From Macrostomum lignano (Eukaryota): a stretch of DNA of 64,000 bases. Below, one piece after another: positions 61,970 through 64,000 of the stretch. How positions within the stretch are numbered: position 1 is the first letter of the stretch; every line of letters begins with the position of its first letter. Both the position numbers and the translations under genes were made by a program. Below the pieces are notes generated by a model, which ran no database searches, had not been told where the DNA came from, and worked only from the letters and a program-made list of their open reading frames with translations. The stretch is from assembly GCA_002269645.1 (NCBI GenBank), contig NIVC01000010.1, positions 1,054,001 through 1,118,000 on the forward strand. Reading direction: 5' to 3'.

Positions 61970-63695
61970 GATTTTCAGTAGACTGGTGGGTACTCAGACA
62001 AGTATGTGTTGGGTAGACTAGTAAGTACTTAGGTAGACAGGTAGGTTTTCAGTAGATTGATGAGGGCTCACGTAAGTTAGGCACTCAGACAGGTAAGGTG
62101 TTTGGATAGACTGTTGTGTACTCAGGTAGACAGGTAAGGTGTTTGGGTGGACTGTTAAGTACTCAGGTAGACAGGTAAGGTGTTTGGGTGGACTGTTGTG
62201 TACTCAGGTAGACAGGTAAGGTGTTTGGGTGGACTGTTAAGTACTCAGGTAGACAGATAGGTTTATGGGTAGACTGTTGTGTACTCAGGTAGACAGGTAG
62301 GAGTTTGGGTAGACTGTTGTGTACTCACTACTCAGGTAGACAGGTAGGAGTTTGGGTAGACTGTTGTGTACTCAGGTAGACAGGTAGGACTTGGGTAGAC
62401 TGTTGTGTACTCAGGTAGACAGGTAGGACTTGGGTAGACTGTTGTGTACTCAGGTAGACAGGTAGGAGTTTGGGTAGACTGTTGTGTACTCACTACTCAG
62501 GTAGACAGGTAGGAGTTTGGGTAGACTGTTGTGTACTCAGGTAGACAGGTAGGACTTGGGTAGACTGTTGTGTACTCAGGTAGACAGGTAGGACTTGGGT
62601 AGACTGTTGTGTACTCAGGTAGACAGGTAGGAGTTTGGGTAGACTGTTGTGTACTCAGGTAGACAGGTAGGAGTTTGAGTAGACTGTTGTGTACTCAGGT
62701 AGACAGGTAGGAGTTTGAGTAGACTGTTGTGTACTCAGGTAGACAGGTAGGAGTTTGGTTAGACTGTTGTGTACTCAGGTAGACAGGTCGGAGTTTGGGT
62801 AGACTGTTGTGTACTCACTACTCAGGTAGACAGGTAGGAGTTTGGGTAGACTGTTGTGTACTCAGGTAGACAGGTAGGAGTTTGGGTAGACTGTTGTGTA
62901 CTCAGGTAGATAGGTAGGTGTTTGGGTAGACTGTTGTGTACTCAGTTAGATAGGTAGGTGTTTAGGTAGACTGTTGTGTACTCAGTTAGATAGGTAGGTG
63001 TTTAGGTAGACTGTTGTGTACTCAGTTAGATAGGTAGGTGTTTAGGTAGACTGTTGTGTACTCAGTTAGATAGGTAGGTGTTTGGGTAGACTGTTGTGTA
63101 CTCAGTTAGATAGGTAGGTGTTTAGGTAGACTGTTGTGTACTCAGTTAGATAGGTAGGTGTTTAGGTAGACTGTTGTGTACTCAGTTAGATAGGTAGGTG
63201 TTTAGGTAGACTGTTGTGTACTCAGTTAGATAGGTAGGTGTTTAGGTAGACTGTTGTGTACTCAGTTAGATAGGTAGGTGTTTGGGTAGACTGTTGTGTA
63301 CTCAGTTAGATAGGTAGGTGTTTGGGTAGACTGTTGTGTACTCAGTTAGATAGGTAGGTGTTTGGGTAGACTGTTGTGTACTCAGTTAGATAGGTAGGTG
63401 TTTGGGTAGAATGTTGTGTACTCAGTTAGATAGGTAGGTGTTTGGGTAGACTGTTATGTACTCAGTTAGATAGGTAGGTGTTTGGGTAGACTGTTGTGTA
63501 CTCAGTTAGATAGGTAGGTGTTTGGGTAGACTGTTGTGTACTCAGTTAGATAGGTAGGTGTTTGGGTAGACTGTTGTGTACTCAGGTAGATAGGTAGGTG
63601 TTTGGGTAGACTGTTGTGTACTCAGGTAGATAGGTAGGTGTTTGGGTAGACTGTTGTGTACTCAGATAGACAGGTAGGAGTTTGGGTAGACTTAC
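61970..63695. repeat. 40-bp minisatellite GTAGACTGTTGTGTACTCAGGTAGACAGGTAGGAGTTTGG upstream of the EFTUD2 coding start
   Basis: Period-40 array with a degenerate 5' start. Confidence 0.96.
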
Positions 63696-63769
63696 TTCGG
63701 TAGACAGGAATGAACTTGATGAACCCTTACGTACTGCAGAGTTAATGCAACAACCGAATTGTTTCCTGC

Positions 63770-64000
63770 ATGGACGGCGAGGACCTCTACGACGAGTTCG
63801 GCAACTACATCGGGCCGGACTTGGCTTCCGATGATGACGACGAGGATGACGAAGTCGAAATCGGTCATCGCGGCGGCCACGGTCGACCCGGCGACGATGG
63901 CGACGACGATTTTGATGAAGAGGAAGGCGACGATGATGAGGCTGCTGATGCTGGAGGCGCCGGCTCATCTCGCCTGGCTCTGGGCAAAGGTGACGAAGAT
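63770..64000 (+). CDS. EFTUD2: 5' end of U5 snRNP 116-kDa GTPase (Snu114), partial
   Basis: MDGEDLYDEFGNYIGPDL followed by an acidic tract, the diagnostic N-terminus. Missing from the ORF track because it runs off the window. Confidence 0.92.
   Translation, partial: MDGEDLYDEFGNYIGPDLASDDDDEDDEVEIGHRGGHGRPGDDGDDDFDEEEGDDDEAADAGGAGSSRLALGKGDED

Overview
Eukaryotic (metazoan invertebrate) genomic DNA: spliced GT-AG genes, GC-rich exons, AT-rich spacers, and roughly a third of the window in tandem repeats. The style resembles a free-living flatworm such as Macrostomum, but that is an impression, not a result. Genes reconstructed by hand: an intronless secreted beta-microseminoprotein-like gene (+); an intronless orphan ORF with an N-terminal acylation signal between inverted satellite arrays (+); a 12-exon K+-dependent Na+/Ca2+ exchanger (NCKX/SLC24, -) whose larger introns mostly carry their own mini/microsatellite; a two-exon prepro-defensin-like peptide gene absent from the ORF track as a spliced product (-); a 3-exon GT32 alpha-1,4-glycosyltransferase (-); and three co-oriented housekeeping genes (mitochondrial EF-Tu, Elongin A, 5' end of EFTUD2/Snu114). 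Mobile DNA includes a tRNA-derived SINE (3 copies), mariner, THAP and RNase H-LINE relics, hAT-type MITEs, a Helitron-like head and an 844-bp foldback element with a 6-bp TSD. Best leads: the defensin-like precursor, an in-frame TAG interrupting the NCKX C-terminus, a remodelled aminoacyl pocket in the mt EF-Tu, and homologous inverted or splice-site-rich intronic minisatellites. All family assignments are by-eye motif recognition; no searches were run.
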